A stretch of 43,193 nt of DNA from Thermotogota bacterium. Lineage in GTDB: Bacteria > Thermotogota > Thermotogae > Petrotogales > Kosmotogaceae. How positions within the stretch are numbered: the first letter of the stretch is position 1; each line of letters begins with the position of its first letter. The translations under genes and the position numbers were made by a program. Below the pieces are notes generated by a model. The model did not search any database. It saw only the letters and a list, made by a program, of their open reading frames with translations, and was not told the DNA's origin. The DNA lies in the NCBI GenBank assembly GCA_034660555.1, contig JAYEJL010000115.1, positions 1 to 43,193 on the forward strand, read 5' to 3'. Positions 18,636 to 29,361 of the stretch are shown in pieces.

Positions 18636-18990
18636 TGGTGGAGGCGGCGGGAATCGAACCCGCGTCCGAAGTCAGTTCACACAGAGGCACTCCGAGCGCA
18701 GTCTGCGTTCTATGTCGAAAGATTACAGTACACAGACAAACTGAATCTTTCCAAGCCTCTTAATTGTCCCTAAGATCCAGAGGCGAAACCTCAGGCTAGG
18801 TCCGGATCTATGACACCCTTCTGAGGAACTCCGTACCACTATTCCTCAGAGGCGCGCTACATTTATTTATGCAGCGAGTGCAAATTTAGGTTCGGCAATT
18901 TAGTATGCCTTTCCAGCTTTTTTACGAGGCGCTGGAAACCTCGACTCGCTCCTCTGTGTTCACTGACCCCGTCGAGACCATTTCGCCCCC
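18636..18990 (-). ncRNA. ssrA: tmRNA, tag peptide (A)AEPKFALAA
   Basis: 5' GGGGGCGAAATGGTCTCGAC, 3' GGTTCGATTCCCGCCGCCTCCACCA; tag reading frame 18896-18867 ends in ALAA-stop. Confidence 0.97.
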
Positions 18991-19004
18991 GAGGGGTCAA
19001 TAAA

Positions 19005-19033
19005 ATTATATCATTACTCAAAAGGTTTGTGAA
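19005..19033 (-). promoter_or_regulatory. ssrA promoter
   Basis: TTCACA-17 bp-TATAAT with TG extension; the -35 lies inside the 3' end of the upstream CDS. Confidence 0.7.
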
Positions 19034-20727
19034 CCTGCCTTGCCATATCTTTCAAGCTTATAATATAGCGCTCTAATGCTTATTCCAAGATCTTTTGCTG
19101 TTTTTGTTTTATTACCTTTGTTTCTCTCAAGGGCATTCAAAATGATACTCTTCTCATACTCATCAACAATTTCATTCAAATTACCTTCTGTATTTTTCTC
19201 AATTATATTTTCTGAATGATCGCTTAGTACAGGTATATGTTTTAACAATATTACTTTCTCTTCTGGTTCCATATTTATAAGTGAACGTCCAATTATATTC
19301 TCTAATTCTCTCACATTTCCAGGCCAACTATATTCCTGCAATGACCTTATTGCCCCTGGAGAAATTTCTTCTACTACCCTTCCATATTCCTGATTAAGTC
19401 TCATAAGGATTATTGAAGCAATTTCAGGGAGATCTTCCAGGTGCTCCTTCAAAGGCGGAATAATTATTGGAACAACATTTAGTCGATAGTAGAGATCAGA
19501 AAGAAACTCTCCTTTTTCCATTAATTTTTCAAGATCCAGATTTGTTGCTGCAATTACCCTTGTATCTATCTTATAAGATTTACTGCCTCCAACAGGGGTC
19601 ACTTCTTTATTCTGCAAAAATCTTAGAAACTTTGATTGTACATTTAAACTCATTTTTCCTATTTCATCAAGAAAAAGTGTGCCTTTATTTGCTTCCGCTA
19701 ATAATCCTTGCTTTCCACCTTTACTTGCACCTGTAAAAGCACCTTCGGTATAACCAAATAATTCTGATTCTAGTATTGATTCCGGTAAAGCCGCACAGTT
19801 TACGCTAATAAAGCTTTGATTGGCTCTCCCACTGGCATTATGGATAGCGTGCGCAAACAACTCTTTACCGGTTCCACTAGGGCCTCTTAATAACACAGTC
19901 ATTTTCGTTTTGGATACCTTCTTAGCCTGCTCAATGGCTACCTGCATCTTGTTTGATGACCCAGCAATATCATCAAAAGTGTAATGGGCTTTTACATGTC
20001 TTAACATTCTTCTTGTATCTTCAAGCTCTTTGGCCAGCTTCTCAATTTCCGAAATGTCATGAATAACTCCTACACTGCCTTTGAACTCATTCTTTACAAA
20101 AAACGGTGTAACGTTTACCACAACCTCTTTTTTAGCAGGACCTACCTTTAATCTCGCATTAAATATTGGTTCTTTTGTTTTTGCAACTTCAAAATGTAAC
20201 GATGAACCTTCTGAAATATCTACTGTAGCCATTTTACCAACTACATATTTTGCGCTCATACCAGTGATTCTGGTATACGCCTTATTGACCATAATAATTC
20301 TTCCTGATGAATCCGCTACCGAAATAGCGTCATGTGTTGAATCAATTATCGCAGTCAACATTGCTTCAACTTCTCGAAGATTTGTAACCTCTTCAGCCAT
20401 TTTTTGAACTGATGTGATATCTCTAAACACTGCCATAACAGCATATACTTTTCCATCTTTATCAATCAATGGAATCCTATTTGTTACTATTGTTTTTTTA
20501 CCTAAATACTGTACTTTATTATGTTCTGGTTTACCAGTTTTTAGAACAATATGCAATCGAGTATTGGGAACCGTGTCGATCACACTTTTACCCAAAACTC
20601 TATTCCTCTCCAAACCCAGGATATTGCACGCTTCATCGTTGATTAATATAATCTTTTCTTTAGCATCGATAACCAGTACCGCTTCCACCAAAGTATTTAT
20701 TATTTCTCTAAATAAGGAAGAATTCAT
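19018..20727 (-). CDS. Sigma-54-dependent enhancer-binding protein (PAS-PAS-AAA+-Fis HTH; BkdR/RocR-like)
   Basis: GPSGTGKE, ESELFGYTEGAFTGA, LFLDEIG, DLYYRLNV, WPGNVRELEN, GNKTKTAKDLGIS. Confidence 0.95.
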   Translation of the reverse strand: MNSSLFREIINTLVEAVLVIDAKEKIILINDEACNILGLERNRVLGKSVIDTVPNTRLHIVLKTGKPEHNKVQYLGKKTIVTNRIPLIDKDGKVYAVMAVFRDITSVQKMAEEVTNLREVEAMLTAIIDSTHDAISVADSSGRIIMVNKAYTRITGMSAKYVVGKMATVDISEGSSLHFEVAKTKEPIFNARLKVGPAKKEVVVNVTPFFVKNEFKGSVGVIHDISEIEKLAKELEDTRRMLRHVKAHYTFDDIAGSSNKMQVAIEQAKKVSKTKMTVLLRGPSGTGKELFAHAIHNASGRANQSFISVNCAALPESILESELFGYTEGAFTGASKGGKQGLLAEANKGTLFLDEIGKMSLNVQSKFLRFLQNKEVTPVGGSKSYKIDTRVIAATNLDLEKLMEKGEFLSDLYYRLNVVPIIIPPLKEHLEDLPEIASIILMRLNQEYGRVVEEISPGAIRSLQEYSWPGNVRELENIIGRSLINMEPEEKVILLKHIPVLSDHSENIIEKNTEGNLNEIVDEYEKSIILNALERNKGNKTKTAKDLGISIRALYYKLERYGKAGSQTF

Positions 20728-21536
20728 TTAACCACCCTTTGATATCCTTCAAAAAGAGTAACAAATTGATCTAAGTTAAGTTCTTCAGCCCTTATTTTTG
20801 GATTTATTTCGTATTCTCCAATAAATTCTTCTGGCTTTTCCACTAATCCCTTTAAATTATTCTTCAACTGTTTCCTCCTGTGTGAAAAGCAAACATTTAC
20901 AAAACTGTTAAAAGCCTTTCTCTTACTAAAATCTATAGGGATATTCTTTCTGAAATCTAACTTAATAACAACAGTATCAACATTCGGTACAGGATAAAAA
21001 TTCCTTTTTGAGATATCCATCTTTCTATTTATATTGAGAAAAGTCTTCAGCTTAACTGTCATTGACCCATATTTTTTTGAACCATGTCTTGCCAGCATTC
21101 GTTCAGCAAACTCTTTTTGAACCATAAGTACTGCTGAAATAAACTGTGGCCCATTGAAAACAATCTTTTCCAGTAAAGGTGAGGTAATATTATATGGAAT
21201 ATTAGCGACATACTTTAATTTATCCACACTATAATTATATAGGTCTTGTTTTAGAAAATCATCGTATATAATCTCAACATTATCCATTGAAAGTAGATCA
21301 TGGTGAAGTTTCCTCATATTACTATCTATTTCGAAGCCTATAACGTTTTTCACATATTTTGCAATTTCTTCAGTTAGTACTCCTGTACCAATGCCAATTT
21401 CTATTATTGTTTCATCTTTTTTTAGTTCTGATAGTTTTACGATTCTTTCTGCAATACTTCTGTTCGTTAAAAAATTTTGGCCAAGAGACTTTTTTGGAAA
21501 CATTTTCAGTTTTCTTAAGAGTTTTTCGACTTTCAT
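20724..21536 (-). CDS. rsmA: 16S rRNA m6,2A dimethyltransferase
   Basis: KKSLGQNFL, EIGIGTGVLT, ANIPYNIT, LMVQKEFAER, RRKQLKNNL, RAEEL. Confidence 0.96.
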   Translation of the reverse strand: MKVEKLLRKLKMFPKKSLGQNFLTNRSIAERIVKLSELKKDETIIEIGIGTGVLTEEIAKYVKNVIGFEIDSNMRKLHHDLLSMDNVEIIYDDFLKQDLYNYSVDKLKYVANIPYNITSPLLEKIVFNGPQFISAVLMVQKEFAERMLARHGSKKYGSMTVKLKTFLNINRKMDISKRNFYPVPNVDTVVIKLDFRKNIPIDFSKRKAFNSFVNVCFSHRRKQLKNNLKGLVEKPEEFIGEYEINPKIRAEELNLDQFVTLFEGYQRVVK

Positions 21537-21551
21537 TTTCCACCTCTAACT

Positions 21552-21575
21552 AAAAAAGCGGGGTATTACTACCCC
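21552..21575 (-). terminator. Terminator after tRNA-Ser, just upstream of the rsmA RBS
   Basis: Minus strand GGGGTA-GTAA-TACCCC-GC-TTTTTT. Confidence 0.7.
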
Positions 21576-21580
21576 ATCTC

Positions 21581-21672
21581 TGGCGGAGAGAGTGGGATTT
21601 GAACCCACGGACGGCATGATAACCATCATACGCTCTCCAGGCGTACGCCTTCGACCGCTCGGCCATCTCTCC
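21581..21672 (-). tRNA. tRNA-Ser(GGA)
   Basis: GGAGAGATGGCCGAGCGG...; anticodon arm TACGC-CTGGAGA-GCGTA; long variable arm; encoded CCA. Confidence 0.96.
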
Positions 21673-21686
21673 AAATAACCGCAATA

Positions 21687-21715
21687 ATTATAACTGCTGG
21701 CATTAAAGATGTCAA
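21687..21715 (-). promoter_or_regulatory. Consensus sigma70 promoter of tRNA-Ser
   Basis: TTGACA-17 bp-TATAAT. Confidence 0.85.
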
Positions 21716-21772
21716 TCTAATTTCATGGTACACTAACGTATAGACAAATGCAATGATTTGGAGGGTTTAAAA

Positions 21773-23089
21773 ATGAAAAAACTCTTTGGTACTGACGGAC
21801 TGCGCGGAACAATTAATGAAGAACTTACACCAGAACTTGCAATGAAAGTTGGAAATGCTGTATCAAGACTTTATGCAGGAAAATACAAAAAACTATTAAT
21901 AGCAAAAGATACTCGCAGTTCAGGTGATTTGCTCGAAAGCGCATTTTCATCGGGATCTGCTTCTGCAGGAATGGATGTTGATCTGGTTGGTGTGCTTTCA
22001 ACACCGGCTCTTGCCTATTTAACAAAAAAACACAACTATATCGGAGCCATGATATCTGCTTCTCACAATCCTGCTGTTTATAATGGAATAAAAGTTATAG
22101 AAAAAGGCAAAAAAGCAACGGATGATGCAGAAGTTGAAATCGAGAATCTTATGTCAGAACAACCTCTGCATTATGCATTACATTCCAGTGTTGGTAAAAT
22201 TAGATATGCACCCTTCTACAGAGATGAATACCTCGAATATGTGCTTGAGCAATATAAAGAGAGACCTTTGTTCGAAGGAAAGTTAGCCCTTGACGGCGCA
22301 AATGGCGCCATTGTATCAGTTATTGAAGATATTTTAAATTCACTTAATATAAAGGCTGATCTCCATTTTATAGAACCAAATGGTGTAAACATCAATGATA
22401 ATTGTGGTTCGCTCTATCCAGAAGCTATTGGTGATAAGTTAAACAATGATGAAATAGGTGTTTTATTTGATGGTGATGCTGACAGATGCCTGTTTGTATT
22501 ACCTGAAAGCAAAGTAGTTAATGGAGATATGTTAATGGCATTGAATGCCAAAAAAATGCAATCAGAAGGAAGATTGAAGGGAAACGTTGTAGTATCAACT
22601 GTAATGTCCAACCTTGGCTTCGAAAAGTATCTTGAAGATCTAAATATCAAGCTTTTAAGAACAAAAGTTGGAGACAAATATGTTTTGTCAAAAATGATAG
22701 AAATCAACGGTAATCTTGGTGGCGAACAGTCCGGACACATCATTTTCATGGATCGAAATTCAACAGGTGATGGTCTGATTACAACGCTTGAAACGTTAAA
22801 TACCCTTGCAATAGGATCAGAAACGCTTAACGACTTTTATAACAAATTTCCTGTTTATCCACAGACTCTAAAAAACGTGTCTACTCCTAATAAAAAGGAA
22901 GTTATGGAATGTGAAAAGCTTAAGAGAATTTTAGAAAAGCTAAATAAAGAGAATTACCTACGTGTCGTTGTAAGACCTTCAGGGACCGAACCTTACATTC
23001 GCATTATGGTCGAAGGTGCCGATAAAGAAACAGTAAATAATATTTCCAGTGAACTGGTTGAAATAGTGGAGGATTGTGCTAATGCATGA
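21773..23089 (+). CDS. glmM: Phosphoglucosamine mutase
   Basis: [52 protein letters not shown] favours ATG 21773. Confidence 0.95.
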   Translation: MKKLFGTDGLRGTINEELTPELAMKVGNAVSRLYAGKYKKLLIAKDTRSSGDLLESAFSSGSASAGMDVDLVGVLSTPALAYLTKKHNYIGAMISASHNPAVYNGIKVIEKGKKATDDAEVEIENLMSEQPLHYALHSSVGKIRYAPFYRDEYLEYVLEQYKERPLFEGKLALDGANGAIVSVIEDILNSLNIKADLHFIEPNGVNINDNCGSLYPEAIGDKLNNDEIGVLFDGDADRCLFVLPESKVVNGDMLMALNAKKMQSEGRLKGNVVVSTVMSNLGFEKYLEDLNIKLLRTKVGDKYVLSKMIEINGNLGGEQSGHIIFMDRNSTGDGLITTLETLNTLAIGSETLNDFYNKFPVYPQTLKNVSTPNKKEVMECEKLKRILEKLNKENYLRVVVRPSGTEPYIRIMVEGADKETVNNISSELVEIVEDCANA

Positions 23090-25910
23090 TTACATTGTGG
23101 TTCGGGGCGCAAGAGTGCATAACCTCAAAAATATTGATGTCAGTATTCCAAAAAATACTTTTACAGTCATCACCGGACTCTCAGGTTCGGGAAAATCATC
23201 TCTTGCTCTTGACACTATCTATGCGGAAGGTCAAAGAAGATACCTTGAATCTCTTTCGAATTATGCAAGACAGTATCTTGGTGAGCTAAAAAAACCAGAT
23301 GTTGAATCCATTGAAGGCCTTTCACCTTCAATTGCAATTGAACAGAAGACTGTTAGTCACAATCCCAGATCAACTGTTGGCACTGTAACAGAGATCCATG
23401 ACTATTTAAGAGTACTTTATGCAAGAGTGGGAATCCCTCATTGTCCCCAATGCGGAAGGCCTGTTGAAAAGCAAACTGTTGACGAGATTGTTGAAACTGT
23501 TTTTTCAAAATTCGATGATAACGCAAAAATTGCAATATTAGCACCCATAGCAAAAGGAAAAAAGGGAGAGTTCAAGAATGAAATGGAAGTACTTAAAAAA
23601 CGGGGTTTCGTTCGCATAGAAATTGATGGGAATATTTACGATCTAGAAGAAAACATTAATCTCGAAAAGAATAAAAGGCACACTATAAGTCTCGTTGTAG
23701 ACAGGATCAAGGTCAATGAAGAAAATACTACCAGATTAACTGACAGCATAGAAATTTCTTTACATGAAGGAAAAGGCTTTGTAGAGATAGAAAATCTTGA
23801 AACCGATGAGAGACATACATTCAGTGAGAACTTCGCATGTCCTATTTGCGGTCTTAGTTTACCTGAGATCAACCCAAAAATATTTTCTTTTAATAATCCT
23901 TATGGAGCATGCCCTAATTGCCATGGATTGGGTTATACAAAAGAATTTTCTGAAAATCTTGTTATTGATCCTGATAAAAGTGTATATGATGGAGCTATAA
24001 CTGCTATTTCAAAGGCAAAAGATAGTTTTTCAATGAGACACATATTGAAAGTGCTTCAACATTTCAATGAAGACCCACATAAACCCTGGAAAGAACTTAG
24101 TGAAAAAGTAAGACAAGCAATTCTTTATGGCACAGAAGATGACATAAATTTCGTTTATCGTTCAGAAAGAATAAAATATGAAGTTAAGAAACCTTATGAA
24201 GGTATAATGAACAGCCTTAAAAGAAGATACAGGGAAACCAATTCTGCAGATATTCGGGAATGGATGGAAAATAAATATATGGTTTTCAAGACCTGTTCAA
24301 AGTGTAATGGGCAAAGACTCAGACAGGAAGCGCTGGGGGTAAAATTACAGGGCTTAAATATCTCTGAATTATCAAATCTAACAATAACAAAGATATATGA
24401 AACAATAAATTCTGTTGAATTAAGTGATCATAAAATGTTAATAGTGGGAGAGCTACTAAGAGAAATAAGTAGGAGATTGAAGTTTTTGATCGATGTTGGA
24501 CTTGAATATTTAACTCTTTCCCGTACCGCCACAACACTTTCAGGCGGCGAATCGCAAAGAATCAGGCTTGCCACACAAATAGGTTCGGGTTTGACCGGTG
24601 TAACTTATGTACTAGATGAACCTACCATTGGCTTACATTTAAGAGATAACAATAGACTTGTAAATACTCTTAAGGAATTGAGAGATCTGGGTAATACAGT
24701 GATTGTTGTTGAACATGATGAGAATATCATTCGTAGCTCTGACTATATTGTAGATGTAGGACCAAGAGCAGGCGTTCATGGAGGAAAAATTGTATTTCAG
24801 GGCATCATAGAGAACTTGCTAGATAATCCACCAGAAGATTCTTTGACCGGTCACTATCTTACAGGAAAGCTGAAAATTCCAAGATTAAGTAACAATACTG
24901 ATAGAAAAAAAGAAGCTGATAGAGCGCTTATTCTTAAAGGCGCAAGGGAACACAATTTAAAGTCAATAGATGTAAAATTCCCTTTAGGAAAGTTTATCTG
25001 TATAACCGGGGTTTCAGGAAGTGGAAAAAGTTCTTTGGTTATGGACACGCTTTATCCCGCGCTAAAAAAACATCTTGGAAGAACAGTAGTACATGAAGGC
25101 GATTATGACTTAATTATCGGAGTAGAACAACTTGAAAATGTAATAGTAATTGACCAAAACCCCATAGGAAGAACACCAAGATCCAATCCTGCCACATATA
25201 CAAAACTCTTTGATTATGTAAGGGAAATTTTTGCAAAAACACCAGAAGCAAGAGCCAGGGGATACGACAAAGGACGTTTTTCATTTAATGTAAAGGGGGG
25301 GCGCTGTGAAGCATGTTCCGGGCACGGTATGTTGAAAATCGAAATGCAGTTTTTGCCTGACGTTTATGTTGAATGTGATGTTTGCAAAGGTAAACGATAC
25401 AATAGAGAAACACTGGAAATTGAATACAAAGGTAAAAATATTTCAGACATTCTTGAAATGACTGTTGAAGAGGCTGAAGAATTTTTTGAAAGAATTCCTC
25501 CTTTAAAAAGAATTCTCAATCTCCTTAGTGATGTTGGCCTTGGATATATAAAACTAGGACAGCCAGCAACCACCCTCTCTGGAGGCGAAGCACAACGAAT
25601 AAAACTGACATCAGAATTGAAGAAAAAGACAGGTGGAGAAACACTTTACATATTGGATGAACCTACAACGGGACTTCATTTCGATGACGTACTTAAATTG
25701 GTTGAAGTACTGAGAAGACTGGTAAATAAAGGTAATACTGTCGTTGTTATAGAACACAATCTTGACGTAATTAAGAATGCAGATTATATTATCGATCTTG
25801 GACCAGAAGGTGGATTTAACGGAGGAGAAATCGTGGCATCAGGAACACCGGAAGAAATTGTTAAAAACAAAAAAAGCTACACTGGGCAATATTTACTCGA
25901 ACATTTATAA
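23082..25910 (+). CDS. uvrA: Excinuclease ABC subunit A
   Basis: [11 protein letters not shown], two Walker A motifs [10 protein letters not shown], Zn fingers, [12 protein letters not shown] and [11 protein letters not shown]. Confidence 0.98.
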   Translation: MHDYIVVRGARVHNLKNIDVSIPKNTFTVITGLSGSGKSSLALDTIYAEGQRRYLESLSNYARQYLGELKKPDVESIEGLSPSIAIEQKTVSHNPRSTVGTVTEIHDYLRVLYARVGIPHCPQCGRPVEKQTVDEIVETVFSKFDDNAKIAILAPIAKGKKGEFKNEMEVLKKRGFVRIEIDGNIYDLEENINLEKNKRHTISLVVDRIKVNEENTTRLTDSIEISLHEGKGFVEIENLETDERHTFSENFACPICGLSLPEINPKIFSFNNPYGACPNCHGLGYTKEFSENLVIDPDKSVYDGAITAISKAKDSFSMRHILKVLQHFNEDPHKPWKELSEKVRQAILYGTEDDINFVYRSERIKYEVKKPYEGIMNSLKRRYRETNSADIREWMENKYMVFKTCSKCNGQRLRQEALGVKLQGLNISELSNLTITKIYETINSVELSDHKMLIVGELLREISRRLKFLIDVGLEYLTLSRTATTLSGGESQRIRLATQIGSGLTGVTYVLDEPTIGLHLRDNNRLVNTLKELRDLGNTVIVVEHDENIIRSSDYIVDVGPRAGVHGGKIVFQGIIENLLDNPPEDSLTGHYLTGKLKIPRLSNNTDRKKEADRALILKGAREHNLKSIDVKFPLGKFICITGVSGSGKSSLVMDTLYPALKKHLGRTVVHEGDYDLIIGVEQLENVIVIDQNPIGRTPRSNPATYTKLFDYVREIFAKTPEARARGYDKGRFSFNVKGGRCEACSGHGMLKIEMQFLPDVYVECDVCKGKRYNRETLEIEYKGKNISDILEMTVEEAEEFFERIPPLKRILNLLSDVGLGYIKLGQPATTLSGGEAQRIKLTSELKKKTGGETLYILDEPTTGLHFDDVLKLVEVLRRLVNKGNTVVVIEHNLDVIKNADYIIDLGPEGGFNGGEIVASGTPEEIVKNKKSYTGQYLLEHL

Positions 25911-25929
25911 CAGTCAATAATTCTGGAAA

Positions 25930-25968
25930 AAGAGCTGGTCCTAAAAATGAATCACATGACCAGCTCTT
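25930..25968. terminator. Stem-loop between convergent uvrA and livM
   Basis: 11-bp stem AAGAGCTGGTC/GACCAGCTCTT, 17-nt loop. Confidence 0.7.
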
Positions 25969-25990
25969 ATATATTCTGATAAATACGAAA

Positions 25991-27751
25991 TTATCCAAAG
26001 AAATCTTCTAGCTCTTCAACAAAGAAATCTGGTTTTTCTACATTAACACTATGCCCACAATCATCCAGAATCTTTACCTTAGCTTTGCTGCTCAATTCTT
26101 CGAACTCCCTGGCCATACTTTCAGTGATTAATGTATCTTTTTTACCCACATAAATCAACATTGGAATACTTAAGTCTTTAATATCTTCTGTGAAATCGTA
26201 CTCTTCAAGCGCTCTGGCATTGAGTTCAAAACATTTACCATCCATAAGCAAAGCATCATCAACCAGTTCTTCGGTAAATTTGTCAATTTCTCGTGTTGGC
26301 ATTATGCCAATAAGTGCCTTTTTTAATAAATCTCTATTGTTTTTATACAAATCAAGCACAGCATAAACTTCAGGTGACGTTTTAAGTCCTGAAGGTGGTG
26401 CTGGATCAATCAAGATTGATTTATCGATCATCTCAGGATGATCGATCATAACTTTTTGAACTACTGCTCCACCAAGAGAATGCCCAACTATGTTAACTTT
26501 TTCGAGATTTAATTCCTTCATGAATTTAAAAACATAATCTGCATATGTTTCAATGCTCACATTATCTATTCTATCTGACCTACCAAAATTTGGCATGTCC
26601 AAAGCAAATCCCCGATATTTTTCAGGAAGTCTTTCAATAGCTGGCTCGAACCATTTACTGGATCCGAAATTACCATGCACAAACAAAATCGTGGTTCCCT
26701 TCTGATTTTCAGTTTCTCTATAGAAAATATCCGTTCCAGATACACTAATTTTCTTTCCATTTTCCCTTTTATTCATTGCGAACAACCTCCTAATTGCGGT
26801 TATGGGTCTCCAAAGATACTTCAATGAAAAAATTCTCAATCCATATGCAATACCTCGGGGGAAAAATTGTACAACTAATACCAGCAATATCCCAGAAATT
26901 ATGCTCATTGGTAACTGGGTTCTGCTGAACATAAATGGCATTGCAACTATAATAAGTGCACCAATAAATCCTCCCGACATCGAAGCTAATCCACCAATTA
27001 CTATCATCGCCAATAAATTAATCGATGTCCCAAGACCAAAGTCAGCAGGAGAAACATAACCAATTGTATGAGCGTACAGACTACCAGCAAATCCAGCATA
27101 AACAGCACTTATAACAAAGGCAATAATTTTATATTTCGAGATATTTATTCCCATGGAACGCGCTGCAAATTCGCTTTCTCTTATCGCCTTTAAAGCTCTA
27201 CCAGTTTTTGTTTTAAGAAAATTGGAGGTTATTACAAACAGAATAAAAGAAACAAAAAGAATAAGATATAGTTTGGATAGATCGGATTCCAATGTAAAAC
27301 CAAATATCGCTGGGTCCGGTATTCTTCTAAAACCTGCACTACCACCTACATAATCCCACGTATGCACAGTTTGTTCTACCACTACTCCAAATGCCATTGT
27401 CGCAATTGCCAGATAAAATCCCTTTAACCTCAGTGCAGGAATACCGAGCAATACACCAAATAAGCCTGCAACCAAACCTGCACCTAAAAATGAAAAAATA
27501 AAAGGTACATTAAAAAAACTTACCATTACTGCTGAAAAATATGCGCCAATTGCCATGAAGGCTGCGTGACCGATGGAAATTTGTCCTGTGTATCCTATTA
27601 CAATATTCAGTCCCAATGCAACCAGTGTATATATGAGCAACAGACTAAATATTGTTAGCATAAATGTTTGGCCTAAAAAAATCAACGGTAAAATAATAAA
27701 TATTAAGGCTAATACTATCCAGTTTCTTTGACTATAAATAAACTGTCTCAT
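25991..27751 (-). CDS. livM: LivM-type ABC permease fused to a C-terminal alpha/beta serine hydrolase
   Basis: aa 1-~305: GYTGQISIGHAAF, LRLKGFYLAIAT, TGRALKAIRESE, PRGI. aa ~326-586: FVHGN, DMPNFGRS, GHSLGG, GKKD, CGHS. Confidence 0.92.
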   Translation of the reverse strand: MRQFIYSQRNWIVLALIFIILPLIFLGQTFMLTIFSLLLIYTLVALGLNIVIGYTGQISIGHAAFMAIGAYFSAVMVSFFNVPFIFSFLGAGLVAGLFGVLLGIPALRLKGFYLAIATMAFGVVVEQTVHTWDYVGGSAGFRRIPDPAIFGFTLESDLSKLYLILFVSFILFVITSNFLKTKTGRALKAIRESEFAARSMGINISKYKIIAFVISAVYAGFAGSLYAHTIGYVSPADFGLGTSINLLAMIVIGGLASMSGGFIGALIIVAMPFMFSRTQLPMSIISGILLVLVVQFFPRGIAYGLRIFSLKYLWRPITAIRRLFAMNKRENGKKISVSGTDIFYRETENQKGTTILFVHGNFGSSKWFEPAIERLPEKYRGFALDMPNFGRSDRIDNVSIETYADYVFKFMKELNLEKVNIVGHSLGGAVVQKVMIDHPEMIDKSILIDPAPPSGLKTSPEVYAVLDLYKNNRDLLKKALIGIMPTREIDKFTEELVDDALLMDGKCFELNARALEEYDFTEDIKDLSIPMLIYVGKKDTLITESMAREFEELSSKAKVKILDDCGHSVNVEKPDFFVEELEDFFG

Positions 27752-27754
27752 ATA

Positions 27755-28642
27755 CTACACCCTCTCCGTCGATCTTTTACCTAAAATCCCCTGAGGCTTT
27801 ATCAGCAATAGAACCAGTATTATCGCCAGGGCTATCGCCATCTTCATTTCCTCAGAAATATATACTCCAACAAGTTGTTGAATAATCCCAAGCATCAGAC
27901 CTCCTAGGACTGTACCGGGCAAACTTGTAAAACCACCAAGTACACCTGCTGTTAAGCCCTGTATTTGAAGATTCAACATCATATTAGGGTGGATTTGTGT
28001 TCTTGGAGCTGCGAGCAGAGCAGCAAAAGCGCTGAGTGCTGTTCCAACTCCCCATGCAAAAGCAAATATCATACCTACCTTCACACCCATTAATTTTGCT
28101 GAATCTTCATTTTGTGCTGTGGCTCTAATTGCCAATCCGGTTTTTGTCAATTTAAAAAACAGGAATAATCCAAGCATAATCAATGCTGTCATAACAAGAA
28201 TAAAAACATCCTGTCTCGTCATAATTATTCGACTTTCACCAATGTTTATAAAAAAAGGTCTGCCAGTAACCAGAGATGGAAATGATTTGTAGTTCTGGCC
28301 CCATATTTGCAATGCTGCTCCTTCAAGTATCATCAGCAATCCTAGAGTCAGGATCAACATGGCAGAATGGGATAAGTGTCTTACCGGTTTCATGAGACCT
28401 CTATCAGTAACAACACCAATTAAAAAACCTGCAACAAGAGCAATCACAACTCCCAGCCATAATGGTCCACCTGCAACAGCTATAACTGTATAAGCAAGAT
28501 AGGCACAAAACATTCCCATATGCCCATACGCGAAATTAACTATACCAGCAGTTTTGTATATAAGAACCAGTCCAAGAGCGACCAGAGCAAAAAGGCTTCC
28601 CTCACGTAAACCAAGTATTATTTGTTGTAAGAATAAAGACAT
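27755..28642 (-). CDS. livH: LivH-type ABC permease
   Basis: ALGLVLIYKTAGIVNFAYG, TKTGLAIRATAQN, GVLGGFTSL, KPQGILG; GAGGAG RBS favours ATG 28642. Confidence 0.93.
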   Translation of the reverse strand: MSLFLQQIILGLREGSLFALVALGLVLIYKTAGIVNFAYGHMGMFCAYLAYTVIAVAGGPLWLGVVIALVAGFLIGVVTDRGLMKPVRHLSHSAMLILTLGLLMILEGAALQIWGQNYKSFPSLVTGRPFFINIGESRIIMTRQDVFILVMTALIMLGLFLFFKLTKTGLAIRATAQNEDSAKLMGVKVGMIFAFAWGVGTALSAFAALLAAPRTQIHPNMMLNLQIQGLTAGVLGGFTSLPGTVLGGLMLGIIQQLVGVYISEEMKMAIALAIILVLLLIKPQGILGKRSTERV

Positions 28643-28653
28643 CGTACCACTCC

Positions 28654-29361
28654 TCAAGCTCCGAGATATTTTTCTTTAACGAGATCACTTTTAAGAAGTT
28701 CTTTTGATTTACCTTCAAGAGCTATATTACCTGTTTCGAGAATGTAGGAATAATCTGAAATATTCAGTGCAGCATTGGCATTTTGCTCCACTAAAAGTAT
28801 AGTAATGCTAGTTTCTTCTTTTAGTTTCAATAACAATTCAAAGATTTGTTCAGATATTTTAGGAGCGAGTCCAAGTGAAGGTTCATCAAGCATGAGTAGC
28901 TTAGGTTGGGCCATCAAAGCCCTTGCCACTGCAAGCATCTGCTGTTCCCCACCAGAAAGTGTACCGGCAAGTTGCCTTCGTCTTTCTGAAAGAATTGGAA
29001 ACAATTCATATATCCAGTTTACGTCTTCTAAAATTGCCTTTTTATCGGTTCTTGTATATGCACCAGCGTTAAGATTTTCTTTTACCGTAAGATCAGGGAA
29101 AAGCTGTCTTCCTTCTGGACACTGTACTATACCCATTTTAACAATTTTGGAGCTGTCAACATTTGTTAATTCTTTGTCTTCAAATGTGATCTTGCCGCTT
29201 TTTGCTGAAACCAAACCAGATATGGTTTTTAGTGTGGTAGATTTTCCTGCGCCATTAGAACCTAATAATGAAGTTATACTTCCATTCTCAACTTTAAGTG
29301 AAATATTCTTAAGAGCTTTGACATATCCATAAAAAACAACAAGGTTTTCAATTTCAAGCAT
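28654..29361 (-). CDS. livF: LivF-type ABC ATPase
   Basis: GSNGAGKST, PEGRQLF, LSGGEQQMLA, LDEPSLGLAP, VEQNA. Confidence 0.95.
   Translation of the reverse strand: MLEIENLVVFYGYVKALKNISLKVENGSITSLLGSNGAGKSTTLKTISGLVSAKSGKITFEDKELTNVDSSKIVKMGIVQCPEGRQLFPDLTVKENLNAGAYTRTDKKAILEDVNWIYELFPILSERRRQLAGTLSGGEQQMLAVARALMAQPKLLMLDEPSLGLAPKISEQIFELLLKLKEETSITILLVEQNANAALNISDYSYILETGNIALEGKSKELLKSDLVKEKYLGA

Noticed and set aside
4605..21672. Integrative elements at the tRNA and tmRNA 3' ends
   Set aside because: No duplicated 3' ends (att sites) and no integrase seen; each RNA gene is followed directly by its terminator.
21698..21715. Sigma-54 promoter at TGGCAT near the glmM upstream region
   Set aside because: No GC at the -12 position; the sequence is the spacer of the tRNA-Ser sigma70 promoter.
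25945..25955. AAATGAATCAC in the uvrA/livM hairpin loop matches the putative TetR box at 36966-36976
   Set aside because: Only a half-site, lying at gene 3' ends; plausible by chance in AT-rich DNA.
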